From Bacteroidia bacterium (GTDB lineage: Bacteria; Bacteroidota; Bacteroidia; UKL13-3): a stretch of DNA of 64,000 nt. A program made the translations under genes and the position numbers. The stretch spans positions 2,025-66,024 of the forward strand of contig JBIMKP010000022.1 of the NCBI GenBank assembly GCA_051861545.1, given 5' to 3'. Within the stretch, counting starts at the first letter, position 1; each line of letters opens with the position of its first letter. The notes under the pieces are model-generated. The model did no database searches. It worked only from the letters and a program-made list of their open reading frames with translations, and was not told the origin of the DNA. Positions 30,992-41,669 of the stretch are shown piece by piece.

Positions 30992-32413
30992 GTGAAAATT
31001 GATTTAAAAGATAGAATTTTTGATGATTTAAGAATTGTAGCAGAAAAAACTGGTATAGAAGCCTATGTAGTAGGTGGATTTGTTCGCGATATTTTTTTAG
31101 AAAGAACTTCAAAAGATATAGATATAGTAGTTGTTGGAAACGGGATAGATTTTGCAAAGGAATTTTCGGAACATATTGGAAGTTCAAGCGATTTTGCTGT
31201 TTTCAAAAACTTTGGAACTGCAATGGTAAGGTGCAATGATTGGGAAGTTGAATTTGTTGGTGCCCGCAAAGAAAGTTATTCAAGAAACAGCAGAAAACCA
31301 GAGGTGAGTCCTGGTACATTAAAAGAAGACCAATCAAGAAGAGATTTTACAATAAATGCATTAGGTATCAGTCTAAATAAGAATGATTTTGGCACTTTAT
31401 TAGACCCATTTCATGGATTAGATGATTTAAAAAGAAAGATTCTAAGAACACCTTTAGAACCAGGAATTACTTTCGATGATGATCCATTAAGAATGATGCG
31501 AGCAGTTCGTTTCGCCTCTCAATTAAACTTTGATATTTTACCTGAAACTTTTGATTCAATTAAAAAGCATAAAGACAGAATCAAAATTGTTTCTTTTGAA
31601 AGAATTATTGAAGAATTAAATAAAATTATTCTTTCTAAAAAACCTTCAATAGGATTGAATTTATTGTTTGAATGTGGCTTATTAGAGATAATTTTTCCAG
31701 AACTAAAAGCATTACATGGGATTGATTATGTGAATGGTAAAGGTCATAAAGACAATTTTTATCATAGCTTACAAGTGCTCGACCAAGGTTCAGAAGAAAC
31801 AAATGATTTGTGGTTAAGGTGGGCTTTATTACTACATGATATTGGAAAGCCTGTAACTAAAAAATTCATTCCTCAAGAAGGCTGGACATTCCATGGTCAT
31901 GAAGACAAGGGAAGCAGAATGATTTCAAAAATATTCAGAAAGTTAAAATTACCTCTGAATGAAAAAATGAAATATGTAGAAAAATTGGTTGCATTACACC
32001 ACCGTCCTAAAGCATTGGCTGAAGATGGAGTAACTGATGCTGCTATAAGAAGATTAATAGTTGATGCCGGCGAAGATTTAAACGACTTGTTCTTATTGTG
32101 CAGAGCTGATATGACTACTAAAAGTCAGGATAAATTAAACAAGTACAGAGGTAATTTATTAAAAGTTCAGGAACTGGTTGTTGAAGTTGAAGAAAGAGAT
32201 GCGTTACGAAATTGGCAACCACCAGTAAGTGGTGAAGATATTATGGCATATTTTGGCTTGGAACCTTCTAAAATAATCGGAATTATAAAGGAAGAAATTC
32301 GGGAATCAATTTTAGAAGGTAAGATTAAAAATGAGCGCGAAGCTGCAATACAGTTGATGAAAGATCTTGGCGAAATTCATCAGCTAAAGCCAATTGGAAT
32401 AAGTTTGAATTAA
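30992..32413 (+). CDS. cca: CCA tRNA nucleotidyltransferase / HD-domain protein
   Basis: GGFVRD nucleotidyltransferase motif; RDFTINAL; HD motif LLHDIGKP. Confidence 0.8.
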   Translation: MKIDLKDRIFDDLRIVAEKTGIEAYVVGGFVRDIFLERTSKDIDIVVVGNGIDFAKEFSEHIGSSSDFAVFKNFGTAMVRCNDWEVEFVGARKESYSRNSRKPEVSPGTLKEDQSRRDFTINALGISLNKNDFGTLLDPFHGLDDLKRKILRTPLEPGITFDDDPLRMMRAVRFASQLNFDILPETFDSIKKHKDRIKIVSFERIIEELNKIILSKKPSIGLNLLFECGLLEIIFPELKALHGIDYVNGKGHKDNFYHSLQVLDQGSEETNDLWLRWALLLHDIGKPVTKKFIPQEGWTFHGHEDKGSRMISKIFRKLKLPLNEKMKYVEKLVALHHRPKALAEDGVTDAAIRRLIVDAGEDLNDLFLLCRADMTTKSQDKLNKYRGNLLKVQELVVEVEERDALRNWQPPVSGEDIMAYFGLEPSKIIGIIKEEIRESILEGKIKNEREAAIQLMKDLGEIHQLKPIGISLN

Positions 32414-32422
32414 CATTATTTA

Positions 32423-32665
32423 GGGCCTGCTGAAAATCTTTATTAGAACTTATTATCAATCAATTAGATTGTGTTTAAATAATTTAAATGCAAGGTTTTA
32501 AGAACAATGGCTAAAAATCCTTGCATCAAGTAAAATTAGTTTTCAAATTAAATAAAGACAGAAACAAGGCCATCTTTGTCGTTGCTGCCAAATTGAAGTA
32601 TTATATATACATCTAATTTGGCAGCGCCTAAAATCTGACCTGTTTCTGTCTTTTTCAGCAGGCCC
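32423..32665 (+). mobile_element. MITE-like palindromic element, copy 2
   Basis: TIRs GGGCCTGCTGAAAA...TTTTCAGCAGGCCC; perfect 6-bp TSD TATTTA on both sides (32417..32422 and 32666..32671). Confidence 0.85.
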
Positions 32666-32748
32666 TATTTATGATGGAATTGTAAATTTTGATTTAATCA
32701 TTGATTTTCACTTGGAAAAATCGCATATTAGCAGTAAATACTGATTAA

Positions 32749-33858
32749 ATGCGCGGTTTAAAACCACTTATATTATTCATTTTCTGTCATTTAAGTTTGG
32801 CGAGTTTTGCTCAGCCATCAGTATTAGGTACAAACATTTTTTCAGGAACTTTTTTGAATTATAATTTAACTCAATTAGGTAAAGTCAGGCAATACAGAGC
32901 TCAATCATCTGTTTCTCATGCTTCCGGAGTTGGACAATGGCTATTTTGTAGAGGAACAGTTGGTTCTCCCGATTATAGCATTAAATGGAATCCATATTCA
33001 AGTGGTGAGATTATTCCTGGATTTAATACAATAATAAATCCTTCTGTTAGTGCCGGTTCTGCCAGGTACAATACTGCCGGTGCAGGTGGAGGTGCAAATG
33101 GGCAAGTCCCAGCTACAGTTTCAGGTTGGTACTATACTTTTAATATTGGTGATAATCAATTTGTTGATAATTACATGGCAGTTTGGGAAACTACTTTTAA
33201 TCCAGTAAATATTATAAGTTCAACTCAGTCACCAGGAGTAGTTTGCTCAAACGGAGATTCTATTACTATTAAGGTTAAAACCTCATCAAGCCCAAATATT
33301 GCTGAAAAAATTTACCTTAGGTATACAAGAGATTCTTCTTTTAGTCCTTCATTTTTAGTTCAACTTAGTTTTTCCGCAGATTCCGGCTCAGCAAAAATTC
33401 CTGTTTTAAATTCAGGAGATACGATTCGTTATTATTTATTTAATTCTTTACTAAATACAAGTCAATTAGCTCCGGGTGGCACTGTTAATGAAACCAATTG
33501 TGATATGAGTACCTTGAGTATGAACAATAATTCAAACAATAATTTTAGGTTTATCATTAGTTCGGCTCCAAGTCCAACTTCTTCCTTTAGCGCTGGGGCT
33601 GCTTGTGTTGGCGTTGCTACAAGTTTCACCAATAGTTCAAGTATTAGTTCAGGTTCAATTGCAACATCAAATTGGAATTTTGGTGATACAGGAACTGGCT
33701 CTGGAAGTGGGATTTCAAATACCAATCATACCTATTCAACTATTGGGAATTATAGAGTTTCTCTTACTGTAATAAGTAATAATGGTTGTCAAAAAAGTTC
33801 AGATCAAAATATACAAGTTAATCCTAAACCAACTACAAATGGTTTATTACCACATTAA
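32749..33858 (+). CDS. secreted PKD-domain protein
   Basis: Signal peptide; WNFGDTGTGSG...HTYSTIGNYRVSLTVISNNGC is a PKD signature. Confidence 0.6.
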   Translation: MRGLKPLILFIFCHLSLASFAQPSVLGTNIFSGTFLNYNLTQLGKVRQYRAQSSVSHASGVGQWLFCRGTVGSPDYSIKWNPYSSGEIIPGFNTIINPSVSAGSARYNTAGAGGGANGQVPATVSGWYYTFNIGDNQFVDNYMAVWETTFNPVNIISSTQSPGVVCSNGDSITIKVKTSSSPNIAEKIYLRYTRDSSFSPSFLVQLSFSADSGSAKIPVLNSGDTIRYYLFNSLLNTSQLAPGGTVNETNCDMSTLSMNNNSNNNFRFIISSAPSPTSSFSAGAACVGVATSFTNSSSISSGSIATSNWNFGDTGTGSGSGISNTNHTYSTIGNYRVSLTVISNNGCQKSSDQNIQVNPKPTTNGLLPH

Positions 33859-33888
33859 ATTAAACAACATCAAACAACATAAAAACAT

Positions 33889-34656
33889 ATGAAAAACAAC
33901 AACACAAACAAATTATTATTAGTGGTTCTAATGGTAATTGGATTCGCATTTGTATCTCAAGCCCAACAAAAAACTTGGTCGGGAAATCAAACACGTTACC
34001 GTATCGACTCAACCACAAATGCTACATCTGTAATTAACTGGTCAATTAAAGCCGGTGGTGCTAATGGAGCAGGAGCAGTTGGCGGTGGTAGAGGAGCAAA
34101 TTATGCTGTAAATTGGACTTATTCTGGTACTACAAAACTAACAGATTCAGTTTTAGTAAGTGAAACAGTGAGTTCATGTATTGGAGAAAATCAGGCTTAT
34201 GGAATTACTATTTATCCAAATCCAACTCCTATTTACAAAAATCCTTCAAATACCACTGTTACAAGTGTTACTGCTAGTTGTCCTTTATCTAGTCCTGGTG
34301 ATATTACTATTGAAATGAGCAATTTTGTAACAGCTAGTTTAGGCGATTTAGGCACTTATACAATTACTTATGAAATTAAAGATGGTGGTACAACTGTGAG
34401 TGGAAGTTTAGGTTCTGTAAATACAACTACTGCAACAGCTACCATTACTGGAACTACTTTATCAGGATTTTTAGCTAATACTGGCGCTACTCCTAAAAAC
34501 TACACTTTAGTTATTACAGGAATATCAGCTACAAATCCATTAACTCCAGGAGCATTAAATGCAGGTGCGGTTGGAACAACAGCTATTAATGCAATATTGC
34601 CTTTAACAATTGTTGTTTCTGCTAAACCAAGCACTTCAGCAATTACACCTTACTAG
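33889..34656 (+). CDS. hypothetical secreted protein
   Basis: Signal peptide MKNNNTNKLLLVVLMVIGFAFVSQAQ; Thr/Gly-rich. Confidence 0.5.
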   Translation: MKNNNTNKLLLVVLMVIGFAFVSQAQQKTWSGNQTRYRIDSTTNATSVINWSIKAGGANGAGAVGGGRGANYAVNWTYSGTTKLTDSVLVSETVSSCIGENQAYGITIYPNPTPIYKNPSNTTVTSVTASCPLSSPGDITIEMSNFVTASLGDLGTYTITYEIKDGGTTVSGSLGSVNTTTATATITGTTLSGFLANTGATPKNYTLVITGISATNPLTPGALNAGAVGTTAINAILPLTIVVSAKPSTSAITPY

Positions 34657-34667
34657 AATTTATTCTA

Positions 34668-35711
34668 TTGTTTTTTAAGCTCATCAGATATTATATCTGT
34701 TTGGGTTGTTTGTTATTGTATGCTCCTGAAGCTTTTTCTCAATATGCTGATACAGCATGTGTTGGAGAAATTGCTTCAGGTTATAGAGTAATACCAACCC
34801 CTGGATCAAACTATCAATGGTTTGTGAAAGGAGGAAGTATTGTGTCTGGACAAGGAACAAATGATATCAAAATAAACTGGGGAATAATACCTGGTGTATA
34901 TGATTTACAAGTAGTAGAAACAACATCTGGAACTTGCATAGGAGATACCGTTTCAGCCCAAATTCTTTTGATTCAAAATCCTGTAGTTACAGTGGTATCT
35001 GATGATTCTGTTTGTGTTGGTGACCCTGTAATTTTAAATGCAGCGGGTGCTAGTAAGTATTTTTGGAATGAAATTGAAGGACCACAAACCTTGATAATTT
35101 TTCCTCAACAAGATACTGTTATAAGTTTAAGGGGAATGACTGCATCTTGCAATAGCACTACAATTAGTAAAAAGATTATAGCAGTTCCTAAGCCAGTTGC
35201 TAGTTTTGTGTTTAATCCTACAGAATGGATTATTAGTGATGTAATTAATTTTGCATTTAATGGAAGTAATGCAACCAAATTAATTTGGTATTTTGATAAT
35301 GATTTGGTAGATGATGGTTATAAAACCAGTTTGAGCAAAACACTTAAAGATTCAGGTGAATTAACAGTAACATTATGGGCAGTTGGCGCATTTGGTTGTG
35401 CTGATTCAATGCAATATACTGGTAGGATTTATTCGGGTTGGACTGTTTTTGCACCCACAGCTTTTACCCCAAATAGTGATGGTATTAATGATGTATTTGG
35501 GCTTGAATATTTTGGCTATAAAAAGGGAGAAGTTACTATTTTTAATAGGTATGGAATGCCAATTTTTAAATCAAATGACCTGAATTTTGGATGGGATGGG
35601 TATTTTGAAGGTAATGCCCAACCTAGTGATATTTATACATTTGAATTGATAGTTTATGATAGATTAGATAGGCCGCGATTAATTAGTGGTAAGTTTAATT
35701 TAATTCGATAA
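34668..35711 (+). CDS. secreted protein with T9SS type-B (gliding-motility-associated, CHU_C-like) C-terminal domain
   Basis: C-terminus TAFTPNSDGINDVFGLEYFGY...IFNRYGMPIF matches the type-B sorting domain consensus. Confidence 0.65.
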   Translation: MFFKLIRYYICLGCLLLYAPEAFSQYADTACVGEIASGYRVIPTPGSNYQWFVKGGSIVSGQGTNDIKINWGIIPGVYDLQVVETTSGTCIGDTVSAQILLIQNPVVTVVSDDSVCVGDPVILNAAGASKYFWNEIEGPQTLIIFPQQDTVISLRGMTASCNSTTISKKIIAVPKPVASFVFNPTEWIISDVINFAFNGSNATKLIWYFDNDLVDDGYKTSLSKTLKDSGELTVTLWAVGAFGCADSMQYTGRIYSGWTVFAPTAFTPNSDGINDVFGLEYFGYKKGEVTIFNRYGMPIFKSNDLNFGWDGYFEGNAQPSDIYTFELIVYDRLDRPRLISGKFNLIR

Positions 35712-35795
35712 GTTTTTAATATTCTGTTTGTCAGTATTTAAGTAATAAATCAATACGATTAATTTAATATATTAGAATTTAATTGAAATGCTTTT

Positions 35796-36452
35796 TTGAG
35801 ACCTTGGTTTTTTTTCCCAAATTCGCATTCGAACAAAAATGATATGGCTGTATATAAGTTTAAAGTTTATTTCGAAGAATTCGAAGATATTTATAGGGTT
35901 ATTGAAATAAAATCAACCCAAACTTTTCTAGATTTTCATCATGCAATATTAGAATCCTTAAAATTCGATTCTAAACACATGGCTTCATTTTATATGAGTA
36001 ATGATGCTTGGAAAAAGGGCCAAGAAATTACATTGGAAGATATGTCAGAAAATTCTGATAATCCAATTCCAATTATGGCCAAATCTAAATTGAATCAATT
36101 TGTGAACGACCCACATCAAAAAATCATGTATGTATATGATTTTATTGAATGTTGGGCATTTATGATTGAATTAGTTAATATTTCAACTACGGAAAATCCT
36201 AAAATTACATATCCAACTTGCAGTAAATCTGTTGGTTTAGCTCCTAAACAATACGATAAAGTGCAAAGATTTGGGGTTGTTGATGACAATGAATTTGATG
36301 AAATAACTAAAAATTATTTGAACCGTTCAGAAGAAATCCCTGGTGAAATTTCTGATGATGAAGCAGATGAATTTGGCTTGTTCGATAATGGTGAAGGTGG
36401 TGAAGAGGGAGAAGCAGAAGAATCAACTGGATTTGTTGAAGAATTAGAATAA
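35796..36452 (+). CDS. hypothetical protein with acidic C-terminal tail (possibly pRiA4b ORF3-like)
   Basis: VYKFKVYFEEFEDIYRVIEI...FLDFHHAILESL pattern; the start is probably Met at 35841. Confidence 0.4.
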   Translation: MRPWFFFPNSHSNKNDMAVYKFKVYFEEFEDIYRVIEIKSTQTFLDFHHAILESLKFDSKHMASFYMSNDAWKKGQEITLEDMSENSDNPIPIMAKSKLNQFVNDPHQKIMYVYDFIECWAFMIELVNISTTENPKITYPTCSKSVGLAPKQYDKVQRFGVVDDNEFDEITKNYLNRSEEIPGEISDDEADEFGLFDNGEGGEEGEAEESTGFVEELE

Positions 36453-36486
36453 ACACATTCAAAATTTATTATAAACCGAGTGTAAA

Positions 36487-37281
36487 TTGCTCGGTTTTCT
36501 TTTTTATATAACTATGCAATTAAACTTAAAAAGACCTCTTGTTGTTTTCGATTTAGAAACAACTGGTATTAGTATATCAAATGACAGAATTGTAGAAATA
36601 GCATGCATAAAAGTTCATATTGATGGAACTGAAGAAACTAAATTACTAAAAATCAATCCTGGAATGCCAATTCCACCTGAATCAACTGCTATTCATGGTA
36701 TTAGTGATGCAGATGTAGCAAATGCTCCAAAGTTTAATGAGGTTGCTAAAGAATTGGCAGATTTTATGAAAGGATGCGATTTTGCTGGTTTTAATTCAAA
36801 TAAATTTGATTTTCCTTTACTAGTAGAGGAGTTCTTAAGAGCTGGAGTTGATTTTGATGTTGAAAATAGAAAGTTTATTGATGCACAAAGAATTTATCAT
36901 ACAATGGAACCAAGGAACCTTGGTGCTGCATATAAATTCTATTGTAATAAAACAATCGAAAATGCTCATCATGCAATGGATGATACTCGTGCAACTTTGG
37001 AAGTTTTAAAAGCACAAATCGAACATTATGAAAACCTAAAAAATGATATCGACCATTTACATGTCATGTCGGGTCAAACTAGAAATGTTGATTTGTCTGG
37101 CAGGATGCAATACAATGAAGAGGGTAAAGAGGTGTTTAATTTTGGCAAGCACAAAGGCAAATTGGTTGAACAGGTATTAAAAAACGACCATGGATATTAC
37201 CAATGGATGATGGATGGGGATTTTTCTTTAGATACCAAAAGAAGATTAACTCAAATTAAACTAAGAGCTAAATTTAATTAA
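36487..37281 (+). CDS. 3'-5' exonuclease, DnaQ-like (DEDDh)
   Basis: VVFDLETTG (Exo I), HGISDADV, HHAMDDTRAT (Exo III). Confidence 0.8.
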   Translation: MLGFLFYITMQLNLKRPLVVFDLETTGISISNDRIVEIACIKVHIDGTEETKLLKINPGMPIPPESTAIHGISDADVANAPKFNEVAKELADFMKGCDFAGFNSNKFDFPLLVEEFLRAGVDFDVENRKFIDAQRIYHTMEPRNLGAAYKFYCNKTIENAHHAMDDTRATLEVLKAQIEHYENLKNDIDHLHVMSGQTRNVDLSGRMQYNEEGKEVFNFGKHKGKLVEQVLKNDHGYYQWMMDGDFSLDTKRRLTQIKLRAKFN

Positions 37282-37287
37282 TATTTT

Positions 37288-37313
37288 GACCCGATTTATC
37301 GGGTCATTTTTTT
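37288..37313 (+). terminator. intrinsic terminator shared by convergent genes
   Basis: GACCCGAT-TTAT-CGGGTC followed by ATTTTTTTAT; the T-tract overlaps the stop codon of the minus-strand gene. Confidence 0.7.
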
Positions 37314-40300
37314 ATCTCAAAATAGTAACATTACCCTTTTTGCTATGCGATGAACCATCCCAGCCAGAATAATCTACAATATAAAAGTAAACATCATTAG
37401 CTAATTCTTTTGATTTATTATCGCCGGTGAAACCCTCTTTTTTATTCTTACTTTCCCAAATTAATTCACCCCATCTATTGAAAATTCTTAAATGATAATC
37501 TTTCACAAAAATGTGCACTGTTTTTAATTCATCGTTTAATAAATCACCATTTGGAGTAAATGCATTTGGAACATTTAACACAGGTGGTTCAACTAAATCA
37601 ATTGTATTAGAAACACTAGAATAAGGTGGGCTTGATTGATTATCGTACGCAATAACTTTATATTGGTACAAACCATTATCTGGATTGAGATTTTTATCTG
37701 TTGATTCTACAGTTTTATCAAAAGTAGTTTCATGTAATTTTTCATTATAAATACCAGGTTCGGTTTTTAATAATTCATATCTATTTAAGCCTACTTTAAA
37801 ATAGGTATAAGGTAACCAATACAACTGATGATATTCAAATGGATAAACCGTTCCTTGAAGAACAATTGAACAAGCATCTTTTCCAGGGAAACTTAGCGTT
37901 CCACAATCATTGGTATTAAATATTTTATAACAATATGATAAGTCATCAACCGATACTTCTGAATCTGTAAAAATGGTATCATTTGATTTAGTTGATAAAT
38001 GGATTAACTTATAATCATTTCCAATTCTACCAGTTTTTTTATAAAGTTCATACCTCCAAAAACTATCTTGGTTTACAGATTGCCACTTAATTTCAATTGA
38101 TTTGTCGTTTACAACACTAACAGTATGAATACCTATTGCTGGTGGGGTTTTATTGGCATCTTTTGTGCAAACAGCAATTGAAGTATCACTAACAATATTA
38201 CAAATATCTGTGCTAATTATTTTATAACAATAATTAGAATTGAAATCGAAGTTTTTTGTGTAAACGTAGCTGGTTGAGTTTAAATTAGGTGTTTCAAAAA
38301 TTGGATTAAATATAGAGCCATCAATACTTTCTAAAACAGATAGAGTTCGGGTGTAAATATTTGTTTGAAGCGCTTTCCATCTAATTTCTATTGTATCATT
38401 ATTATATCTTCTTGGGCAACCCAAACTTGTTGGTGGTGCAGGTGGAAATGGTGCAATATAAATTCTTATTTTTTTAGTTTTTCTTCTAGGAGCTGGACAC
38501 TGGTTATCGAACAAAACAATTTCAATTTCTATCGTATCACCTACATCAGAACAATCACTAATATATCTAGTCCAAAATAGTCCAAAGCTTGAATTGTTTT
38601 CAGCACGATACATAAATTTTGGTCCTTGGTTAATACTTGTTTGAACTTGCAGGAATACCGAATCTTTAGGGTCGGTATCATAAAATACCCTCGAAATATT
38701 TAATGTGTCAAATGCTTCAATTGTAAAAAATTCATCTTCAATATTTGAGAATCCTAGGTCTGTTAGTGTATCATCTTTAATTATTGAGCATATTGTTCTC
38801 GAAGTATCTCCAGGAATAAAACAATTATTTACACTAATTAATTGGTAACAATAGTTTGTATTTAAATGATTGATAGCAAATAAATCTTTATACAAATATG
38901 GTGGTCCAGAAAGTATTGAATCATATAAAATAGTAGGGTTATCGATACCTGTTTTTCGTAAAATACGGTACTTGTTCAAATAGATATTTGTAGAGGGTTC
39001 AGTCCAATTTAACTCTACACTATTATCTGATAAGGCTCTTAAACATGATGGAAATGGAGCTAATATTGGAAATGATTGTACTACGATTTTAATTTTACCA
39101 GTTGTAATATTAGGTGTTGGACAAGCATTATCATTGAATTCAACATCAATTACAATCGTATCTTTATTTGCATAGGCACAATCAGATTTCCAATTTAGGT
39201 TTACTTCAAATCTACCAGGATTATCAATTGTATCACTTAGTTTTGCTGGGTTATTAGGATTTGCAAAAATAGGTGAGGATGCGAAAAATGTCATTCTATC
39301 ACCATTAGAATCTGTCGCAATAATTTTGAAGTTTAATTCATCTCCGGCTTCAATATTTATTATTGTATCTTTAAAATTTGGCGGAGATAAATAGGTTCTT
39401 AAATCAAATTTAAACATCCCCAAATTACATCCACCAACATTGGGATTTCCTGGTCTTTTGCCTGGATTAGTTCTAGAATGAGCAGTAACAGTTGTTGGGA
39501 AATCAGAAAATCCACCACAACCAGCGCATACACTTTGATAGATTATACCTGATTTGTCGAAATGGGAAGTTCCTCCGTCAACATGCTCTGCGCTAGTTGC
39601 TCCTCCAAAATAAGTTCCATATAATAATGAACCCATGTTTACTGAAAATACTCCTAAGTAAAAATCAGAACCATCAGTTGATTTTTGAAATGCATTTGGG
39701 GAAACGGGTAAATTGTATACATCATTTAAGCCAACATGATAATTATAATTTGTTTGTCCTCCCCAACCTGAAACATAAATTCTGCCGCAATTATCAACCA
39801 TAAATGCCGATGGAGATAAACCTGGCTCTGTCATTGATGGGCCAAAAATCCCAGTTAATAAAATACTACTTAAATCTTTACTTAATTTACTTACATAGTG
39901 TTTGCCATTAACTTGAGCAAATGCTCCTGAGCTTGGTGTAATAGTGCCATTTGTTTGACCCATTATAAATGGAAAATTCTGCGGATCAACTTGCACAAAT
40001 TGGCATTGGTCGTTACCTGTAGTGCCATAATAAACCAAATTTAATCTGCTTAAATTACTCGAACTAAACTTGGCAACAAAACCATCAATTGCTCCTTTAG
40101 GTGAATTTTGTAATCCTGGAATATCATTACTTGTTGTTCCACCAGAAACATACAAATTATTTAAATTATCAAGACAAAGAGAATAAGCTGCATCATCGCC
40201 ACTACCGCCAATATAGGTTGAGCTTAACATGGTACTTAAGCTAGCATTCATTTTAAACAGAAAACCATCTTGCCATCCACCACCATATAAAGCTTGGGCA

Positions 40301-41649
40301 GGATTTATAATTGGAAGATTATCGGTATTTTTTGATTTTGTTGAAGTAGCAACATAAATATTCCCACTAGCATCACAAATTACTTCACCTCTATAATTAT
40401 CGGCATAGTTATAAGGAAGTAATATAGTTTGATTTGAATATGGATATGTAATACTTCCATTGATTCCATCATCAAAAACACCTCCAACAAAAGTAGATGC
40501 AATTAATGTACTTCCATTATTACTGAGTTTACAAATAAAAATATCATGGTTTCCATTCTCACTTGTATCAAAAGCATTTGAAGTTGTTGGAAAAGTGCGT
40601 GAAGTAGTTGTTCCAAAAATAACAAGCTCATCTAAATTATTAACTGTCATGCTATGAGGTTGTTCATTTGAAGCACCACCTAAAAATGTTGCATAAATTA
40701 AACTACTTCCATCAGGAGAAAATTTAGAAACAAAAGCATCTCTTGCTGTTTCAGTTCCACCAGATTGCCCTCCTGCATAAGTTAAATCATAAGCACCAGC
40801 ACTTACTGGGAAATCTGAGGCATAAACAGTACCAGCGCCATAAGCATTTCCATTGTTATCAAAAGTTGCTGAAAATCCAAAATTATCGGCGGTACTTCCA
40901 ATATAGGTTCCAAATACTATATTAGGGTCGATGGTTAAATCTTGATTTTTAGAATAATTAGCTAAATTATAACTTAGAACTTTATTGTTTAACTGGTAGG
41001 AGCTATTAACAATATTAGACTCAATACCTTGGAAACTAAATGGAGCATCTTCTTTAATTTCACCCAAATCAGTTTTAGTTATTAATTCACCGTTTTTAAT
41101 CTGAACATCATTAGCACCATCATATTGGATTTTTATGTTATTTGGATTTGAACCTGGGTGACATTGGAAATTTATTTTAATTGATTCACCTTGAGAAATA
41201 AGCTCTAAATCGATTTTTGGATATAGATTTTTTAAGGTGATTTTTTTATAAGCATGAACCTGTGAGGCCCAATTAGATTTGGGTCCTACAAAGTAATTAT
41301 AATAGGTTGAAAATTGTTCTTCTTTTACAATATTTGGTTTGGAAGATGCATTTAAAAATCGTAATTTAACAGCATGATAATGGATTTTTGATTTGCTGTT
41401 TTTATGCTGTGCTTCATGGATTGCTTCTTTATCTACAAACAAATAAGTAAGCGTATTTTTTTCGATAAATAAGTCGCCAATAGGAATATCAGCTCTAAAC
41501 AAAACTTCACTTGGCCATTGACCTTTATTTTCAATAAAGTGTATCCCAAGTTTTGGTTGTTTGATAATTGCAAATGCATGTTTCTGTGCCGAAATTATCA
41601 GCATCAAAAACAAAATTGCGCTTAATTGATATTTGTATAGATTTTTCAA
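37312..41649 (-). CDS. very large secreted repeat protein with T9SS type-B C-terminal domain
   Basis: 1445 aa; signal peptide; SBBP/beta-propeller-like repeats (GGSGDDAAYSL, GGTTSNDIPG), Ig/FN3-like middle, C-terminus NAFTPNGDLLNDEL...IFNRWGELIWES. Confidence 0.75.
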   Translation of the reverse strand: MKNLYKYQLSAILFLMLIISAQKHAFAIIKQPKLGIHFIENKGQWPSEVLFRADIPIGDLFIEKNTLTYLFVDKEAIHEAQHKNSKSKIHYHAVKLRFLNASSKPNIVKEEQFSTYYNYFVGPKSNWASQVHAYKKITLKNLYPKIDLELISQGESIKINFQCHPGSNPNNIKIQYDGANDVQIKNGELITKTDLGEIKEDAPFSFQGIESNIVNSSYQLNNKVLSYNLANYSKNQDLTIDPNIVFGTYIGSTADNFGFSATFDNNGNAYGAGTVYASDFPVSAGAYDLTYAGGQSGGTETARDAFVSKFSPDGSSLIYATFLGGASNEQPHSMTVNNLDELVIFGTTTSRTFPTTSNAFDTSENGNHDIFICKLSNNGSTLIASTFVGGVFDDGINGSITYPYSNQTILLPYNYADNYRGEVICDASGNIYVATSTKSKNTDNLPIINPAQALYGGGWQDGFLFKMNASLSTMLSSTYIGGSGDDAAYSLCLDNLNNLYVSGGTTSNDIPGLQNSPKGAIDGFVAKFSSSNLSRLNLVYYGTTGNDQCQFVQVDPQNFPFIMGQTNGTITPSSGAFAQVNGKHYVSKLSKDLSSILLTGIFGPSMTEPGLSPSAFMVDNCGRIYVSGWGGQTNYNYHVGLNDVYNLPVSPNAFQKSTDGSDFYLGVFSVNMGSLLYGTYFGGATSAEHVDGGTSHFDKSGIIYQSVCAGCGGFSDFPTTVTAHSRTNPGKRPGNPNVGGCNLGMFKFDLRTYLSPPNFKDTIINIEAGDELNFKIIATDSNGDRMTFFASSPIFANPNNPAKLSDTIDNPGRFEVNLNWKSDCAYANKDTIVIDVEFNDNACPTPNITTGKIKIVVQSFPILAPFPSCLRALSDNSVELNWTEPSTNIYLNKYRILRKTGIDNPTILYDSILSGPPYLYKDLFAINHLNTNYCYQLISVNNCFIPGDTSRTICSIIKDDTLTDLGFSNIEDEFFTIEAFDTLNISRVFYDTDPKDSVFLQVQTSINQGPKFMYRAENNSSFGLFWTRYISDCSDVGDTIEIEIVLFDNQCPAPRRKTKKIRIYIAPFPPAPPTSLGCPRRYNNDTIEIRWKALQTNIYTRTLSVLESIDGSIFNPIFETPNLNSTSYVYTKNFDFNSNYCYKIISTDICNIVSDTSIAVCTKDANKTPPAIGIHTVSVVNDKSIEIKWQSVNQDSFWRYELYKKTGRIGNDYKLIHLSTKSNDTIFTDSEVSVDDLSYCYKIFNTNDCGTLSFPGKDACSIVLQGTVYPFEYHQLYWLPYTYFKVGLNRYELLKTEPGIYNEKLHETTFDKTVESTDKNLNPDNGLYQYKVIAYDNQSSPPYSSVSNTIDLVEPPVLNVPNAFTPNGDLLNDELKTVHIFVKDYHLRIFNRWGELIWESKNKKEGFTGDNKSKELANDVYFYIVDYSGWDGSSHSKKGNVTILR

Positions 41650-41669
41650 TAAAAAGTAAAGATAACAAT

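Noticed and set aside
32423-37313. Interpreting MITE copy 2 plus the downstream secreted-protein trio and exonuclease as a second island
   Set aside because: Only one MITE end is present. The genes have ordinary T9SS-cargo character and there is no second boundary repeat or integrase. There is insufficient evidence for a mobile unit.
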